NCBI GenBank assembly: GCA_963717145.1
Contig: OY970325.1
Location: 1,344,001-1,408,000, forward strand
DNA length: 64,000 nucleotides
From: an uncultured Armatimonadetes bacterium
GTDB lineage: Bacteria > Armatimonadota > UBA5829 > DTJY01
Reading direction: 5' to 3'
Part shown: positions 1 to 9,996 of the stretch, piece by piece
Layout of the letters: every line of letters starts with the position of its first letter
Numbering within the stretch: the stretch's first letter is position 1
Translations under genes and position numbers: made by a program
The notes under the pieces: generated by a model
The model's input: only the letters and a program-made list of their open reading frames with translations
Told to the model about the DNA's origin: nothing
Database searches by the model: none

Positions 1-1144
1 CGTGAAGTCCCGCCTCACGACGATCCTCTGACGCCCATCGATCCTCGACGTAGTATCCCCCTGTGTTGAACTCCTTTCGGCGCAAGTCGAATCCCGCGCC
101 GCGTCCGTAGCGGTAGTAGTCGGTCAGAGGAGAGAGCCCGTATACCTGGTCGCCAAGACGGAGGTCGAGATCCGGCGTGAAGTAACTCATCCTGTACTCG
201 TCTCGCAGGCCGAAGAAACTGGTGTCCTCGATATCCGGCCCGCGGAAGAGAAAATCGACTGTCCGCATCCCGGCTTCGTCGAGGCTGCCATGCCCGGAGA
301 GTTCGCCCTGCACCGCAGAACTGCCACTCCCGGCAACACCGGCGATTCGCACCTCAGAGGGTATCCGATGATACGTATCGGCACTCTCGCCTGAGATCGG
401 CACGAGGTCCACAGAAACCGTGAGGCCAGGAGTGATGATCTCCTTGCCGTCGGTCGCGGTCGCGCGTATCGAGATGCAGTCGGACACGCGGCGCTTGAGC
501 TTCTCGCTGGTTGACACCGTGGCCGTGACCACCTGAGTGCCCCCGGAGGGCAGATCGAAGCTCTCGACATCGAGCGTCATGGGGTTTTCCAGCGAACTCG
601 ACGCCTGCAGAGTCACCTCTAACGGGGTATTGCTCCGATTCACCGCCCGGAACGTGATCTGGTAGGTGTCGCCCGCAATCACGGCGTCCGGCTTTGCCTC
701 CAGCATGAGGTCAAGCCCGGTGACGGCGAGCACTGTGAGATCGATCGTGTCGGAATCCTGGATTCCGTAGTCGCGACGACTCATGACTGAGTAGGTGACC
801 TGGAACGGCCCGGACGCTGCATTGCCGGGAACGAAGAATGCCACGAGGCGCACGACAGTCTGATAAGGGTCGAGCACAAAGCTCGTCGGTGGAATGACAG
901 CCTGCCAGTCGGTCGGCAGCGTGAGGGTTTCGATGAATTCCTCGGATTGATCGGTGGTGCTTCGGACTGAGAAGGTGGCGCTGACGATTTGGCCCGGCGC
1001 CGTCTCAACGAGCTTTGGGGAAGCGGCGAGTACCTCTACTCCCTGACCTTTCCCTTGTGCAGTTAGCGGCAAGGCAGTTGACAGCAGGATTGCACATACG
1101 CAGAGGAGTTCGGCAATTGTTCTGCTATCTGATCTCCAAGGCAT
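1..1144 (-). CDS. Large secreted protein with Ig-like repeats, putative usher-like/outer-membrane component of the pilus cluster (partial, runs off left edge)
   Basis: Not in ORF track. Manual translation from ATG at 1144 (overlapping the upstream stop): MPWRSDSRTIAELLCVCAILLSTALPLTAQG...ETAPGQIVSATFSV...LTLPTDWQAVIP...DLRLGDQVYGLSPLT; open to position 1; signal peptide and beta-rich. Confidence 0.6.
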   Translation of the reverse strand, partial: MPWRSDSRTIAELLCVCAILLSTALPLTAQGKGQGVEVLAASPKLVETAPGQIVSATFSVRSTTDQSEEFIETLTLPTDWQAVIPPTSFVLDPYQTVVRLVAFFVPGNAASGPFQVTYSVMSRRDYGIQDSDTIDLTVLAVTGLDLMLEAKPDAVIAGDTYQITFRAVNRSNTPLEVTLQASSSLENPMTLDVESFDLPSGGTQVVTATVSTSEKLKRRVSDCISIRATATDGKEIITPGLTVSVDLVPISGESADTYHRIPSEVRIAGVAGSGSSAVQGELSGHGSLDEAGMRTVDFLFRGPDIEDTSFFGLRDEYRMSYFTPDLDLRLGDQVYGLSPLTDYYRYGRGAGFDLRRKEFNTGGYYVEDRWASEDRREAGLH

Positions 1145-1940
1145 ACTGGGCACCCCACACCGACTCATCGCCGTTGTCGATAACGACCAGAGCCTGGTAC
1201 TTGCCGGCCTTCAGGCCAGTCAAGTCAATGCTGTTCCGCGTCGAGCAGCCGGGAAAGATCCTAGTGCGATTGCACTTGAACTTGCCAGCATGCAAGCCCT
1301 TCTCGTCATAGATCTCGGCCCAGGTGGTGGGCCTCACCCACCTCTCGCCCGTGTTCTCGATATCGAGCTGCAGAGCGCGCTTCCCATCCGTCTCCGCTAA
1401 CCGCTTATCCAGGACTTTGATCTCGCGCCGGCCGGTATTCCCGATGTGCACGACCATCTGGATGCCGTAGCGGAGGATTGTCCGTACGCCGACTGTGACC
1501 TTGCCGTCCTCGGATGGAGCGGCCTCGGGCACGACAGCAGCTATCGGCTCCACCATCAGCATGCTCCAGTAGGTGCCCGAGAGCTTGTCATCTTTGGGGA
1601 CCTGGATGGCGTAGTAGACGACGAGCACTTCCTTCGCCGGGATCGTGAACTGCTGCGGCGAGAAGGTGATCCAGGAGGCATTCGACCGTGGGCAGGATCC
1701 CGGCTTGTCGTAGGCACTAGTGCCGTCGCAACGGAAAGTGTAGTCTGTCTGGTAGACCCGCGCTTCCTGAGGCACGTCGGCGGCGTTTCGGAGCACAATC
1801 CTGCCGTCCTTCCTTGCGCCTGGCTGGAGTACGGCCTCATCGGTCAGGCCGGTGATCACATCAACTCCGGCAGCACACTGTGTCAAGCAGGCGCATAGGC
1901 AGATAACCGAGACAAAGGTAGTCGTTACAGCCTTGAGCAT
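1125..1940 (-). CDS. Fimbrial chaperone-like protein (PapD/EcpB/DUF916-like)
   Basis: Signal peptide; RSNASWITFSP...Y.IQVP...GTYWSMLMVEP...RYGIQ pattern; two beta-sandwich halves; coupled to pilin-like genes. Confidence 0.65.
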   Translation of the reverse strand: MLKAVTTTFVSVICLCACLTQCAAGVDVITGLTDEAVLQPGARKDGRIVLRNAADVPQEARVYQTDYTFRCDGTSAYDKPGSCPRSNASWITFSPQQFTIPAKEVLVVYYAIQVPKDDKLSGTYWSMLMVEPIAAVVPEAAPSEDGKVTVGVRTILRYGIQMVVHIGNTGRREIKVLDKRLAETDGKRALQLDIENTGERWVRPTTWAEIYDEKGLHAGKFKCNRTRIFPGCSTRNSIDLTGLKAGKYQALVVIDNGDESVWGAQYALEIR

Positions 1941-2440
1941 TATGTGTCCACCACTGTGTAGACTATGGACGTCGAATATGTGCCGGGCGAGATGCTGATC
2001 GAAGTGCCACTCATGTCGAAATGCACCGTGATGCCGATCCTGTCCCCGGCCCCGGAGAAGAACGCGCTGTCACTGGCCGTAATCTGCAGGTATGAGAGGC
2101 CTCCACTGATCGATCCAAAGCCGAAGCCGGCCCCGGTTCGCTTCACAAGAAGCGTGAGACCGGCCGGCCAGTTCGTATCGGATCTTCGGACATCTATGCG
2201 CCAGTTGTCCGAAGTGCCGGTCGTGTTGTAGACGGTGAGGGCAAGCTGATACGCTCCACTCTCACAGAGGCTGGGAAGGTTGCTCCCTGCGCCGGACACC
2301 AGATTGCCGGCATTGTGCACAAGCGACCAATTGCCTACGGAGTTGATGTCTATTGCCTGGCACCTGCCAGTACAGAGCAGTGCAGCCAGTACCACTACAG
2401 CCAACCTCAGAAAACCGGTGATACTCAGTGGGTTCTGCAT
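1940..2440 (-). CDS. Secreted pilin/fimbrial subunit-like protein
   Basis: Start moved to ATG 2440 (GGAG RBS); signal peptide; Ser/Thr/Gly-rich; C-terminal PGTYSTSIVYTV beta-strand typical of fimbrial subunits. Confidence 0.6.
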   Translation of the reverse strand: MQNPLSITGFLRLAVVVLAALLCTGRCQAIDINSVGNWSLVHNAGNLVSGAGSNLPSLCESGAYQLALTVYNTTGTSDNWRIDVRRSDTNWPAGLTLLVKRTGAGFGFGSISGGLSYLQITASDSAFFSGAGDRIGITVHFDMSGTSISISPGTYSTSIVYTVVDT

Positions 2441-2502
2441 GGCAAGCTCCAGGTGATGGTTCAAGGGGGTGGCCGTTGCCACCCCACCAATCGGTCGCGG
2501 TG

Positions 2503-2989
2503 CTACGAGCCGGCCGTGACGGTCAGAGTGACCGTCTTGTTCGCCGAACTGATCACGCCGGCAGCGGCGGTTGCGCTGAACGAATAGGATATCTGCTTAC
2601 CGGACTCAGCCAGAGTCGAGATAGCAGTCACCAGATCCGCCGCGGTCGCCGTCAGGGTGACGGCCGCCGGCGCTGGTGGCTCCTGTCGGGGCAGCCAGCG
2701 TGATGCTCAGGGTCGTATTCGCCGGCATGGCGGTGTTGATGGCGCCGGTGATCTTCCTGTTCGACTGGTTGGTAGTTATAGCGTATGAGGTTGTCGTATC
2801 GGTCGCTGCAGTCGGCTGGGAGCCGGCCGTGGCAGCGCTCACAATCAGTGCGGCGGGATTGCCGCTCACGGAGATCTCGTTGATGGCCTGGACCTCATAG
2901 GTCACCGTCTGCTGGGCTGTGTTTCCCGCCACTGCGGCGGTGCCAGCCAATACCAGCAGAGCCATCATCAGTGCAATTGCTGTTTTCAT
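2503..2989 (-). CDS. Major pilin-like subunit (one apparent frameshift near 2664)
   Basis: Signal peptide, Ala/Thr-rich; removing one G near 2664 continues ...SAGAVTLTATAADLVTAISTLAESGKQISYSFSATAAAGVISSANKTVTLTVTAGS* to TAG at 2503. Confidence 0.65.
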
Positions 2990-3326
2990 TTTGCTCGAAT
3001 CCTCCCTGATCCTGGGCTATTCCCCCGTCATTGATATACCTTCGATAGTTGTCCGCAGCATCTGTAGTTGCTGTCTGCGGTCGGCTTCACCCTCCTCTCC
3101 ATAGGCCTCTGCGCAGCATCCTGTGCCGGCGAAGGTATCGGTACGACGCGATCGTCTGACAAACAGATCGGTATGGCCTACGCTGATCTGGCGCGCTGTT
3201 CTCACGCCCACTGGGTGATGCCCAATAAGCGAGACACGTTAAACATCATATGTGCGCCATCAATAGTGTAATGAGACGAGTCGGACGTGCGAATGCGGTT
3301 GCAGGTGAGGCCATCGAAGGCCTCAC

Positions 3327-4100
3327 CTACGGGGTCTTCAGAAGTGTGATCGCGAGGTCGAGATTGAAGCGGACGGTCTGCTTGTCCCATCTCAGAACGA
3401 CCGACGCGCGATTCGCCGGGGTCTCGGAAGTGACCTCCTTCGGCTTCGGGAAGGTTACGGTGACGTCGCTGGTCTTCTTGGGAGTACGCGCAAACGTGAC
3501 CTTCACAACCTTCCCAGGGACGCGAAGCACCTCCTTCAAAGCCACCTTGCCCTCCTCATCCCATCCGGGCTTGTCGCCGACCTCGATCGACACCAGCGCC
3601 ATCTCGGTCTCACCAGTCGTCGCCAGGGTTGCGCGATCGAACATGTAGAGCATGTATACGCCGGGTTTGGCGATCTTTGCCTTGTCCTTGGGTGAGGACG
3701 TTTCGACGAGGAGCGAGACGGCCCCGATGATGCGGCCGGAATCGATCCCCTCGAACTGCACATTGACCGGCACGGACGCCTGGTAGACACTGATGGCGGG
3801 GATATCGCCCCACTTCTCCTCACGCCACTTGAACTTGACGTCAGGGTTCGCCGAGACTCCGTCCTTGAGGAGCAGGCCGCTCTCGCCACGGGACTCGTTG
3901 GCGATCAGGATGGCGATCTGGGCCAGTTTGGCCCTATGAAGCTCCTTCGTGAGGCCGGCGATGTCATCGGGCCATCCGGCGGTGCTGTCGGTCCAAAGAT
4001 CCGCGACCTCTTCCGACGTGTCTGTGGGAAGCGCCCCGAATGCGACACAGGCCGGAGAGATAGTGGCAAGCAGTAAGATGCAGATCAGTGCTCTAGACAA
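3327..4100 (-). CDS. Secreted hypothetical protein, divergent paralog of the two upstream genes
   Basis: 257 aa; signal peptide; shares LAQIA...WGDIP...GVY.L motifs with 4119-4784 and 4797-5453. Confidence 0.7.
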   Translation of the reverse strand: MSRALICILLLATISPACVAFGALPTDTSEEVADLWTDSTAGWPDDIAGLTKELHRAKLAQIAILIANESRGESGLLLKDGVSANPDVKFKWREEKWGDIPAISVYQASVPVNVQFEGIDSGRIIGAVSLLVETSSPKDKAKIAKPGVYMLYMFDRATLATTGETEMALVSIEVGDKPGWDEEGKVALKEVLRVPGKVVKVTFARTPKKTSDVTVTFPKPKEVTSETPANRASVVLRWDKQTVRFNLDLAITLLKTP

Positions 4101-4118
4101 TTGAACTCTCCTCGGCTC

Positions 4119-4784
4119 CTAGATCATCATGAAGTCCACGTCGACGACCCGGAACATATAGCTCTCCCGCTTCCAGGCGAGATCGATGGTCACGCGATTG
4201 CACGGGTTGTCGTCGGCGAGAAGCTCCTCCGTGGGAAACCAGAGGCCTACATATGGATGCGCAGAGCCCCGGCTGATGTCGGAGTTCTCAAGCCCGACTC
4301 GACCGAGTTCGCGGTAAGTGACCCGACCATCGCTCTCTGTTTTGACCTCGATCAGGAAGACCCGCTTTGCATGCTGTGAGTATGCCAACAGATACACACC
4401 GCTGGTTATGCCCGGCCCACCGACGATGGTCGCGTTCTCGAGCAGGTGGAGAGCGCCGAGCAGCCTGCACTCGCCAACGCCCTTGAGGTCGGCATCGACC
4501 GGCTCGGAAACCCGATACGCCTTGGCGGACGGCAGGTCTCCCCAGTCGGTCCTTCATACAATGATGCCTATACTGGGGAAAGCTCCAGCGCCTGACGATA
4601 TCAACAGCCGGCTCTTGCCGCCTGATTCGCGCTGGACGACCAGAGCGATCTGACCAAGTCTGGCCTTCAGCACTTCCTTCACCATGGTCGAGCACTCTGT
4701 CTCAGGCAACAGCAGTTGGGCGTGTGCTCCCTGCCCGAGCTGAAGTGCGATCAGCACGATTGCCATGATAGTCACCAGGGGCAT
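4119..4784 (-). pseudogene. Secreted hypothetical protein with in-frame TGA at 4554-4556
   Basis: ORFs 4554-4784 and 4119-4397 are the same frame; reading through TGA gives ...IIV*RTDWGDLPSAKAYRVSEP..., collinear with paralog 4797-5453. Confidence 0.7.
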
Positions 4785-4796
4785 GACCGTTCCTCC

Positions 4797-5453
4797 CTAT
4801 CGCATCGGAACCACGTCGAGCAGGCGGAACATGTAGCCCTCCTGCTCCCATGCGAGATCGAGTGTGAGGCGATACGGCGGATTGTCGTCCTGCAGGGGCT
4901 CGATGTTCGGGAAATATGCGCCAACATAAGGCTTCGATGTGCCCTTGCTCATCTCCGGCTTGACACCGCCGAGTGACTTGTATGCGACCCGCCCGTCACC
5001 ATGTACTCTGACGTCAACTACCACAACAATGTCAACGTCCGAACGGTATGCGAGCAGGTGGACCCCGACCGGCGCTTCGCCACCGCCGATGATATCCGCC
5101 TGCTTGGTAATGAAGAGCGCGCCGAGCAGCCTGCACTTCCCGATGCCCGCGAGGTCGGCATCAAGCGGCTGGGAGACACGATATGCCCTGGCATGCGGCA
5201 GATCGCCCCAGTTGGTGGACCGGTATATCCTCGACATGGATGCCCACGCGGTCGCGCCGGACGCGATCATCAGCCGGCTCTTGCCGTCGGATGCATCATG
5301 GACGACCACCGCGAGTTGGCCGAGCCTGTTCTCCAGCAGTTCGCTCATGAGGAGAGGTCGCTCCGTCTCGGGCGACTGCGCGTGTGTGCCCCGGGACAGG
5401 GCACACAGGACGAAAACAGCTATCACAGTTCGGACCGTATGAGTGGCCGGCAT
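4797..5453 (-). CDS. Secreted hypothetical protein (paralog family)
   Basis: 218 aa; signal peptide ending AQ; full-length similarity to the downstream gene. Confidence 0.75.
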   Translation of the reverse strand: MPATHTVRTVIAVFVLCALSRGTHAQSPETERPLLMSELLENRLGQLAVVVHDASDGKSRLMIASGATAWASMSRIYRSTNWGDLPHARAYRVSQPLDADLAGIGKCRLLGALFITKQADIIGGGEAPVGVHLLAYRSDVDIVVVVDVRVHGDGRVAYKSLGGVKPEMSKGTSKPYVGAYFPNIEPLQDDNPPYRLTLDLAWEQEGYMFRLLDVVPMR

Positions 5454-5459
5454 GGCGCT

Positions 5460-6530
5460 CTACTCCGGACTCGCGGACTGCGTCGTGGACGAGAATCCGC
5501 CGCTTGGTGGGCGCTCCAGGCCTTTGCACGCAGCGAGCTTCCCGGCGGCCTCGAGAGCGGTCCTGAGGGCGGCCGAGTTGCGGATATCGTCCTTGTACTG
5601 CTCCTCTGTGGCACCGGGATACGCTCGGTCGATCGTCAGCCAGTTGAGCCTGGAGGGAAGCCACATCTCATCGGCGATGATCACCGGATTCGGGAACGCG
5701 AGAGATGAGATGGAAGTCCAGAACGCGCCCATGTAGATACGCTCTCCGTTCACCAGGAGCACGAATGGGATGCCTCTGATCAGGCGATTCTCCGGCGGAC
5801 TCGGCTTCGGAAGCTTCTTCAGAGCCTCAGGGGTCAGCTTGAACCAGTGATCCTCCCAGGAGTAGCAGACGAAGTCGTCAAGCGCGAAGAGCGGCTTTGT
5901 CTGCAGCGTGATGTCGTCCAGCTTTACCTTGAGAGCATCCACGGCATTCATCTTCTCGTCAGCCAGGAGGTAGATGCCGAACTCGGCGCTGACCGACTTT
6001 GCCTGGTGCTGCTTGATGAACTTCTCGATCTCGCCGCCGGAGACCACTTTCACATTGGCCGGAACCTTGATTTCGCTGAGTTGAATGCTGCAGCCGAGGT
6101 AGAGGTTCACAGTAACATAGCGCTTGTACGGGTGGTCCTTGGCGATGCCGCCGTCGGGGATCATCGGCGGCACGACGAACACATACCAATCGAAGGCATA
6201 GGTTGCGGGCTCTCCAATCCTGTCCTTTACCTCGCCCTTCCCGGAGTGAAGGACGAGAGTATGTGAAATGCCCTCGAGTTTGCCGTATGCTTCCATGAAG
6301 GCATTGAAGGTCGCTGCATCGCCCGAGAAATAGAAGTTGTCCTGGAAGTTCACCCAGTTCGCGTACACCGGCTTCCACGCGCCGAGCAGGTTGGCCAACC
6401 CCGAGGGCCACTCGGTCTGCTGGATAATCGGATGATCCGGGCCGTACTCGCCTGCGAGGGCGAAGGCAGGTGGACAGATGATTGCAGACACACCGACGAT
6501 GAGAAGAAGGAATACTCCAAGTCTTAACAT
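5460..6530 (-). CDS. Secreted two-domain hypothetical protein
   Basis: Start moved to ATG 6530 (MLRLGVFLLLIVG... signal peptide); long ORF co-oriented in operon. Confidence 0.7.
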   Translation of the reverse strand: MLRLGVFLLLIVGVSAIICPPAFALAGEYGPDHPIIQQTEWPSGLANLLGAWKPVYANWVNFQDNFYFSGDAATFNAFMEAYGKLEGISHTLVLHSGKGEVKDRIGEPATYAFDWYVFVVPPMIPDGGIAKDHPYKRYVTVNLYLGCSIQLSEIKVPANVKVVSGGEIEKFIKQHQAKSVSAEFGIYLLADEKMNAVDALKVKLDDITLQTKPLFALDDFVCYSWEDHWFKLTPEALKKLPKPSPPENRLIRGIPFVLLVNGERIYMGAFWTSISSLAFPNPVIIADEMWLPSRLNWLTIDRAYPGATEEQYKDDIRNSAALRTALEAAGKLAACKGLERPPSGGFSSTTQSASPE

Positions 6531-6613
6531 GATAACCCCCCGCCAGAAAAGTGCTTCTTGAGTAATCAGACCCTCGAAGCCGGGAGATCCTTCAAAAAAA
6601 GACCCGCTCTCCA

Positions 6614-7162
6614 TCAGCCGTTAGCCATGCTCTTGCCCGCTGACCTGAGGACTTCGAGCTTGGCCTCGAGGTTCTGGCGTCGGACGGGGATAAGATCGAC
6701 GACATCGAAGCTCGCCGTGCGGAGGATCCACTCCATGCGGGTCGTGCACTCCGGCGCTCCGCCTCCACCACCTCCTGCGACACAGATGCCGACCGCGGGC
6801 TTGCCCTCGATCCCTGCCCTGCCGTCGTCGTGGACACAGGTCCGGCGCAGGCGGTTGAGAAACGCCTGGAGGCTCTCGCTGAGGTCGGACCAGTAGACAG
6901 GCGTCGCGAAGACGACTGCATCGGCGGCCTTGATCTTTGCCACAAGACCAGCGAGATCATCCTCGATGATGCATCGGCCCTGGGAGCGGCAGATGCCCCA
7001 TCCGTCGTTCTCGCACTGGCGGCACCGCTCGATCTTCATCGGCGGGAGCGCGATCAACTCGGACTCCCCGCCGGCGTCCTTGACGCCCTCGAGGAATGCC
7101 TTCGCGGCCTTGGCGGTCTGGCCGTCGGGATTTCGGCTTCCGGATACTATCAGCACTTTCAT
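6614..7162 (-). CDS. Flavodoxin family protein (NADPH-dependent FMN reductase / iron-sulfur flavoprotein-like)
   Basis: MKVLIVSGSRNPDGQT, CxxC...C....C cluster, ADAVVFATPVYW. Confidence 0.88.
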   Translation of the reverse strand: MKVLIVSGSRNPDGQTAKAAKAFLEGVKDAGGESELIALPPMKIERCRQCENDGWGICRSQGRCIIEDDLAGLVAKIKAADAVVFATPVYWSDLSESLQAFLNRLRRTCVHDDGRAGIEGKPAVGICVAGGGGGGAPECTTRMEWILRTASFDVVDLIPVRRQNLEAKLEVLRSAGKSMANG

Positions 7163-7189
7163 CAGCTTACCTCCTTCAGTGGAAAACCC

Positions 7190-7246
7190 GTAGGGGCGGG
7201 CTTCAACGCCCGCCAGAGCCGGGAGGCCGTTGAAGGCCTCCCCTAC
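7190..7246. repeat. REP-like palindrome, family A (GTAGGGG...CCCCTAC)
   Basis: GTAGGGGCGGGCTTCAACGCCCGCC...GGGAGGCCGTTGAAGGCCTCCCCTAC; supplies the hflX TAG. Confidence 0.85.
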
Positions 7247-8505
7247 TCGGACGCGCGCTTGTACTTCTCCAACTTGCCGGCGACGTCCTGGGAGACCTGG
7301 GCCTCGACGAAGATGCGCTCGGGCGTGTACTCGACGCCGATCACTCGTCCGCTGTCGTAGCAGAGGGAGACGAGGTCGCTCCGCTCGTAGGGGATATCGA
7401 GCGATACGTACACGAGCAACTCCTGGATCGTCTTGATGAGCTGCTCCATCAGCTGCGGGATGCCGTCTCGCGTGGCGGCCGAGATGTAGACGCTGTTCGG
7501 CACATCGGCGACGAGCTTCCGCAGGACGTACTGGTCCTGGATGAGATCGCTCTTGTTGAAGACCGTGACCGTCGGCTTGTCGTCGGCATCGAGTTCGCGG
7601 AGGACCTGGTGCACCGCGGCCATCTGCTCCTCCATGTGACCATGGCTCGCATCGACAACGTGCACCAGGAAGTCCGACTCGGTGACCTCCTCCAGGGTCG
7701 CGCGGAATGCCGCGACGAGATCGTGCGGGAGGTTCTGGATGAAGCCGACTGTGTCGGTCATCAGCACCGCCCAGCCGTCGGGGAGAACTACTCGCCGGGT
7801 CGTCGGATCGAGCGTAGCGAAGAGCTTGCGGTCGACGAGCACCTCCGAGCCGGAGAGCGTGTTCAGGAGAGTCGATTTCCCCGCGCTGGTATATCCGACG
7901 AGCGCCGCCGATGGGAACGGGAGCTTCCGCCGAGCTTGACGTTGAACGTCCCGATGCTTCCGTACTTCCTCGATCTCCTTCTCCAGGTCGGCGATCCGGG
8001 TCCGGATGCGCCGCCGATCGCTCTCCAGCTTGGTCTCACCGGGGCCGCGCATGCCGATGCCACCCTGCTGCCGCTCGAACTGGGTGTATAGACTGCCGAT
8101 CCGTGGCAGCAGGTAGTGAAGCTGCGCCAGTTCGACCTGCAGTTGGCCCTCGTGCGTGTGCGCGCGCTGGGCGAAGATATCGAGGATGAGTTGGGTCCGG
8201 TCGACCAGGCGAGTATCGATGGCGTTCCCGAGGTTCCTGAGCTGAGTCGGCGTGAGGTCGCCGTTGATGATCACGAGGTTCGCATCGAGGTCCTTGATGT
8301 CCGCGTACAACTCCTCGGACTTCCCGCGACCCAGGTAGTAGGCGGGATCGGGGCCGCGTCGCTTCTGACTGAACTCGCCGACGACCTCTGCGCCGGCCGT
8401 ATCGGCCAACTCCTTCAGTTCATCAAGCGACGCCTGATCCCGCCCGTCGTCACCAGACTCGAGGCTGACCAGGATCGCCCGGTCTGTTATGTTGATATCA
8501 TGCAT
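7243..8505 (-). CDS. hflX: GTPase HflX
   Basis: GGIGMRGPGETKLESDRR, VGYTSAGKSTL, LFATLDPTTR, DTVGFI, NKSD; start taken at ATG 8505. Confidence 0.97.
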   Translation of the reverse strand: MHDINITDRAILVSLESGDDGRDQASLDELKELADTAGAEVVGEFSQKRRGPDPAYYLGRGKSEELYADIKDLDANLVIINGDLTPTQLRNLGNAIDTRLVDRTQLILDIFAQRAHTHEGQLQVELAQLHYLLPRIGSLYTQFERQQGGIGMRGPGETKLESDRRRIRTRIADLEKEIEEVRKHRDVQRQARRKLPFPSAALVGYTSAGKSTLLNTLSGSEVLVDRKLFATLDPTTRRVVLPDGWAVLMTDTVGFIQNLPHDLVAAFRATLEEVTESDFLVHVVDASHGHMEEQMAAVHQVLRELDADDKPTVTVFNKSDLIQDQYVLRKLVADVPNSVYISAATRDGIPQLMEQLIKTIQELLVYVSLDIPYERSDLVSLCYDSGRVIGVEYTPERIFVEAQVSQDVAGKLEKYKRASE

Positions 8506-8518
8506 GGGAAGTACCGTA

Positions 8519-8700
8519 GAACACAGAAACATGGAAGGACACGGAAGCACGGAAAGATCTATCTATCAGGAAGCCAGGAAGATAGGAATCCAGGAAAGAG
8601 ACTTCAGATTTCGCCCTTTCCCCTTCCTGCCTTCCTAGCTTCCTGGCTTCCTCATGATGCCTTTTCTGTGTCTTCCGTTTCCTTCTGTGCTTCTGTGTTT
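8519..8700. repeat. Nested inverted tandem arrays (9-mer arms enclosing 8-mer arms)
   Basis: ACACRGAAR-like x4, AGGAAGCC-like x4, then TTCCTGGC-like x4 and TTCTGTGTC-like x4. Confidence 0.8.
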
Positions 8701-8705
8701 TCTGC

Positions 8706-9902
8706 CTAGAAGTGCACGCCGTGCTCTCTCAGCCGGGCGATCGCCTCGGTGACTCGGTTGCCGTTCGTGTCGCCGCTGACGGTGAGCGAGAAGCGGATGT
8801 AGCCCTCTCCGTACTGGCCGTACCCGATCCCCGGCACGACGAGCACCCCTGCTTTGTCGAGGAGCATCTTGGCAAACTCGATCGAAGTATACCCCTGCGG
8901 GACCGGCGCCCACACGTAGAGCGTCGCTTTGCTCCTCGGGAGTCTCCATCCCAGGCTGTTCAGGCCGTCTATCAGTATGTCCCGACGCTTCTGATAGACC
9001 GCGATCGTCTCGGGATTGCCATGGAGGTTGTCCAGGGCATACGCGGCGGCCTCCGCGATCGCCGGGAACTGCTTGGAGTCCACATAGGATTTCATCTTGC
9101 CGAGCCCGCGAAGTACGTCTGCATTACCGACCGCCATCCCGATGCGCCAGCCGGTCATGTTGTAGGTCTTGGATAGCGAGTGAATCTCTATGCCGACGTC
9201 CTTCGCGCCCGGGGTCTGAAGGAAACTCGGCGCGACATAGCCATCGTAGGCGACCTCTGTGTACGCGGCATCGTGACATACAATGATCTCGTTCTCCTTC
9301 GCAAACGCGACCACATCGGCGAAGAACTCAGGCGTGGCACATGCGCCGGTCGGATTGTTCGGATAGTTGATGTACATCAACCGGGCCTTCCGCGCGACCT
9401 CCGTCGGAATCGCCGACAGATCGGGCAGGCAGCCGTTCTCGGGAAGCAGCGGCATGACGTGCCCCGTCCCTCCTGCCATCTCCGTGTTGATCTTGTATAC
9501 AGTATAGCCTGGATCGGGTACGAGCGCTAAATCACCGTCTCCGATAAATGCCCATGCGAGATGCGCGAGACCCTCTTTCGAGCCGATAATCTCGATGACC
9601 TCGCCCTTCGAGGCATCGAGTTTGACGCCAAACCGCCGATCATACCAGCGAGCAACGGCCTTGGTAAACACCGGCCAGCCGTAATCGGTCTCGTCGTAAC
9701 GATGCGTGCCCGGATCGTTCGCCGACCGAGTCAGCGCATCGATGATCGGCTGCGGCGTCGGAAGATCCGGATCACCGTTCCCGAAATCGATCAGGTCGCG
9801 TCCCTCGGCTATGGCCTTTGCCTTCGATCGGGAGATCTCCGCGAAGAGATACGGCGGCGTATTCTCGAGTCTCTGAGCGTATTGCACGAAATCCTCCAAC
9901 AA
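8706..9902 (-). CDS. dapL: LL-diaminopimelate aminotransferase
   Basis: PPYLFAEI, GSKEGLAH, NYPNNPTG, HDAAY, SLSKTYNMTGWRIG PLP-lysine motif; adjacent to dapF. Confidence 0.9.
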   Translation of the reverse strand: MLEDFVQYAQRLENTPPYLFAEISRSKAKAIAEGRDLIDFGNGDPDLPTPQPIIDALTRSANDPGTHRYDETDYGWPVFTKAVARWYDRRFGVKLDASKGEVIEIIGSKEGLAHLAWAFIGDGDLALVPDPGYTVYKINTEMAGGTGHVMPLLPENGCLPDLSAIPTEVARKARLMYINYPNNPTGACATPEFFADVVAFAKENEIIVCHDAAYTEVAYDGYVAPSFLQTPGAKDVGIEIHSLSKTYNMTGWRIGMAVGNADVLRGLGKMKSYVDSKQFPAIAEAAAYALDNLHGNPETIAVYQKRRDILIDGLNSLGWRLPRSKATLYVWAPVPQGYTSIEFAKMLLDKAGVLVVPGIGYGQYGEGYIRFSLTVSGDTNGNRVTEAIARLREHGVHF

Positions 9903-9996
9903 GACATTAGACCATAGACCTTAGACCAGGGGACGGCATCTCCGCCCCTCGTCCAAGGTCTACGGTCTAATGTCCAAAGTCTAAAGTCTAAAGTCT
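9902..9996. repeat. Heptamer inverted tandem array (TAGACCA / GTCTAAA)
   Basis: agacattagaccatagaccttagacc...ggtctacggtctaatgtccaaagtctaaagtctaaagtct; overlaps the dapF stop. Confidence 0.8.

Noticed and set aside
4554-4556. Selenocysteine codon
   Set aside because: Aligned residue in both paralogs is Arg, not Cys; a CGA>TGA change is simpler.
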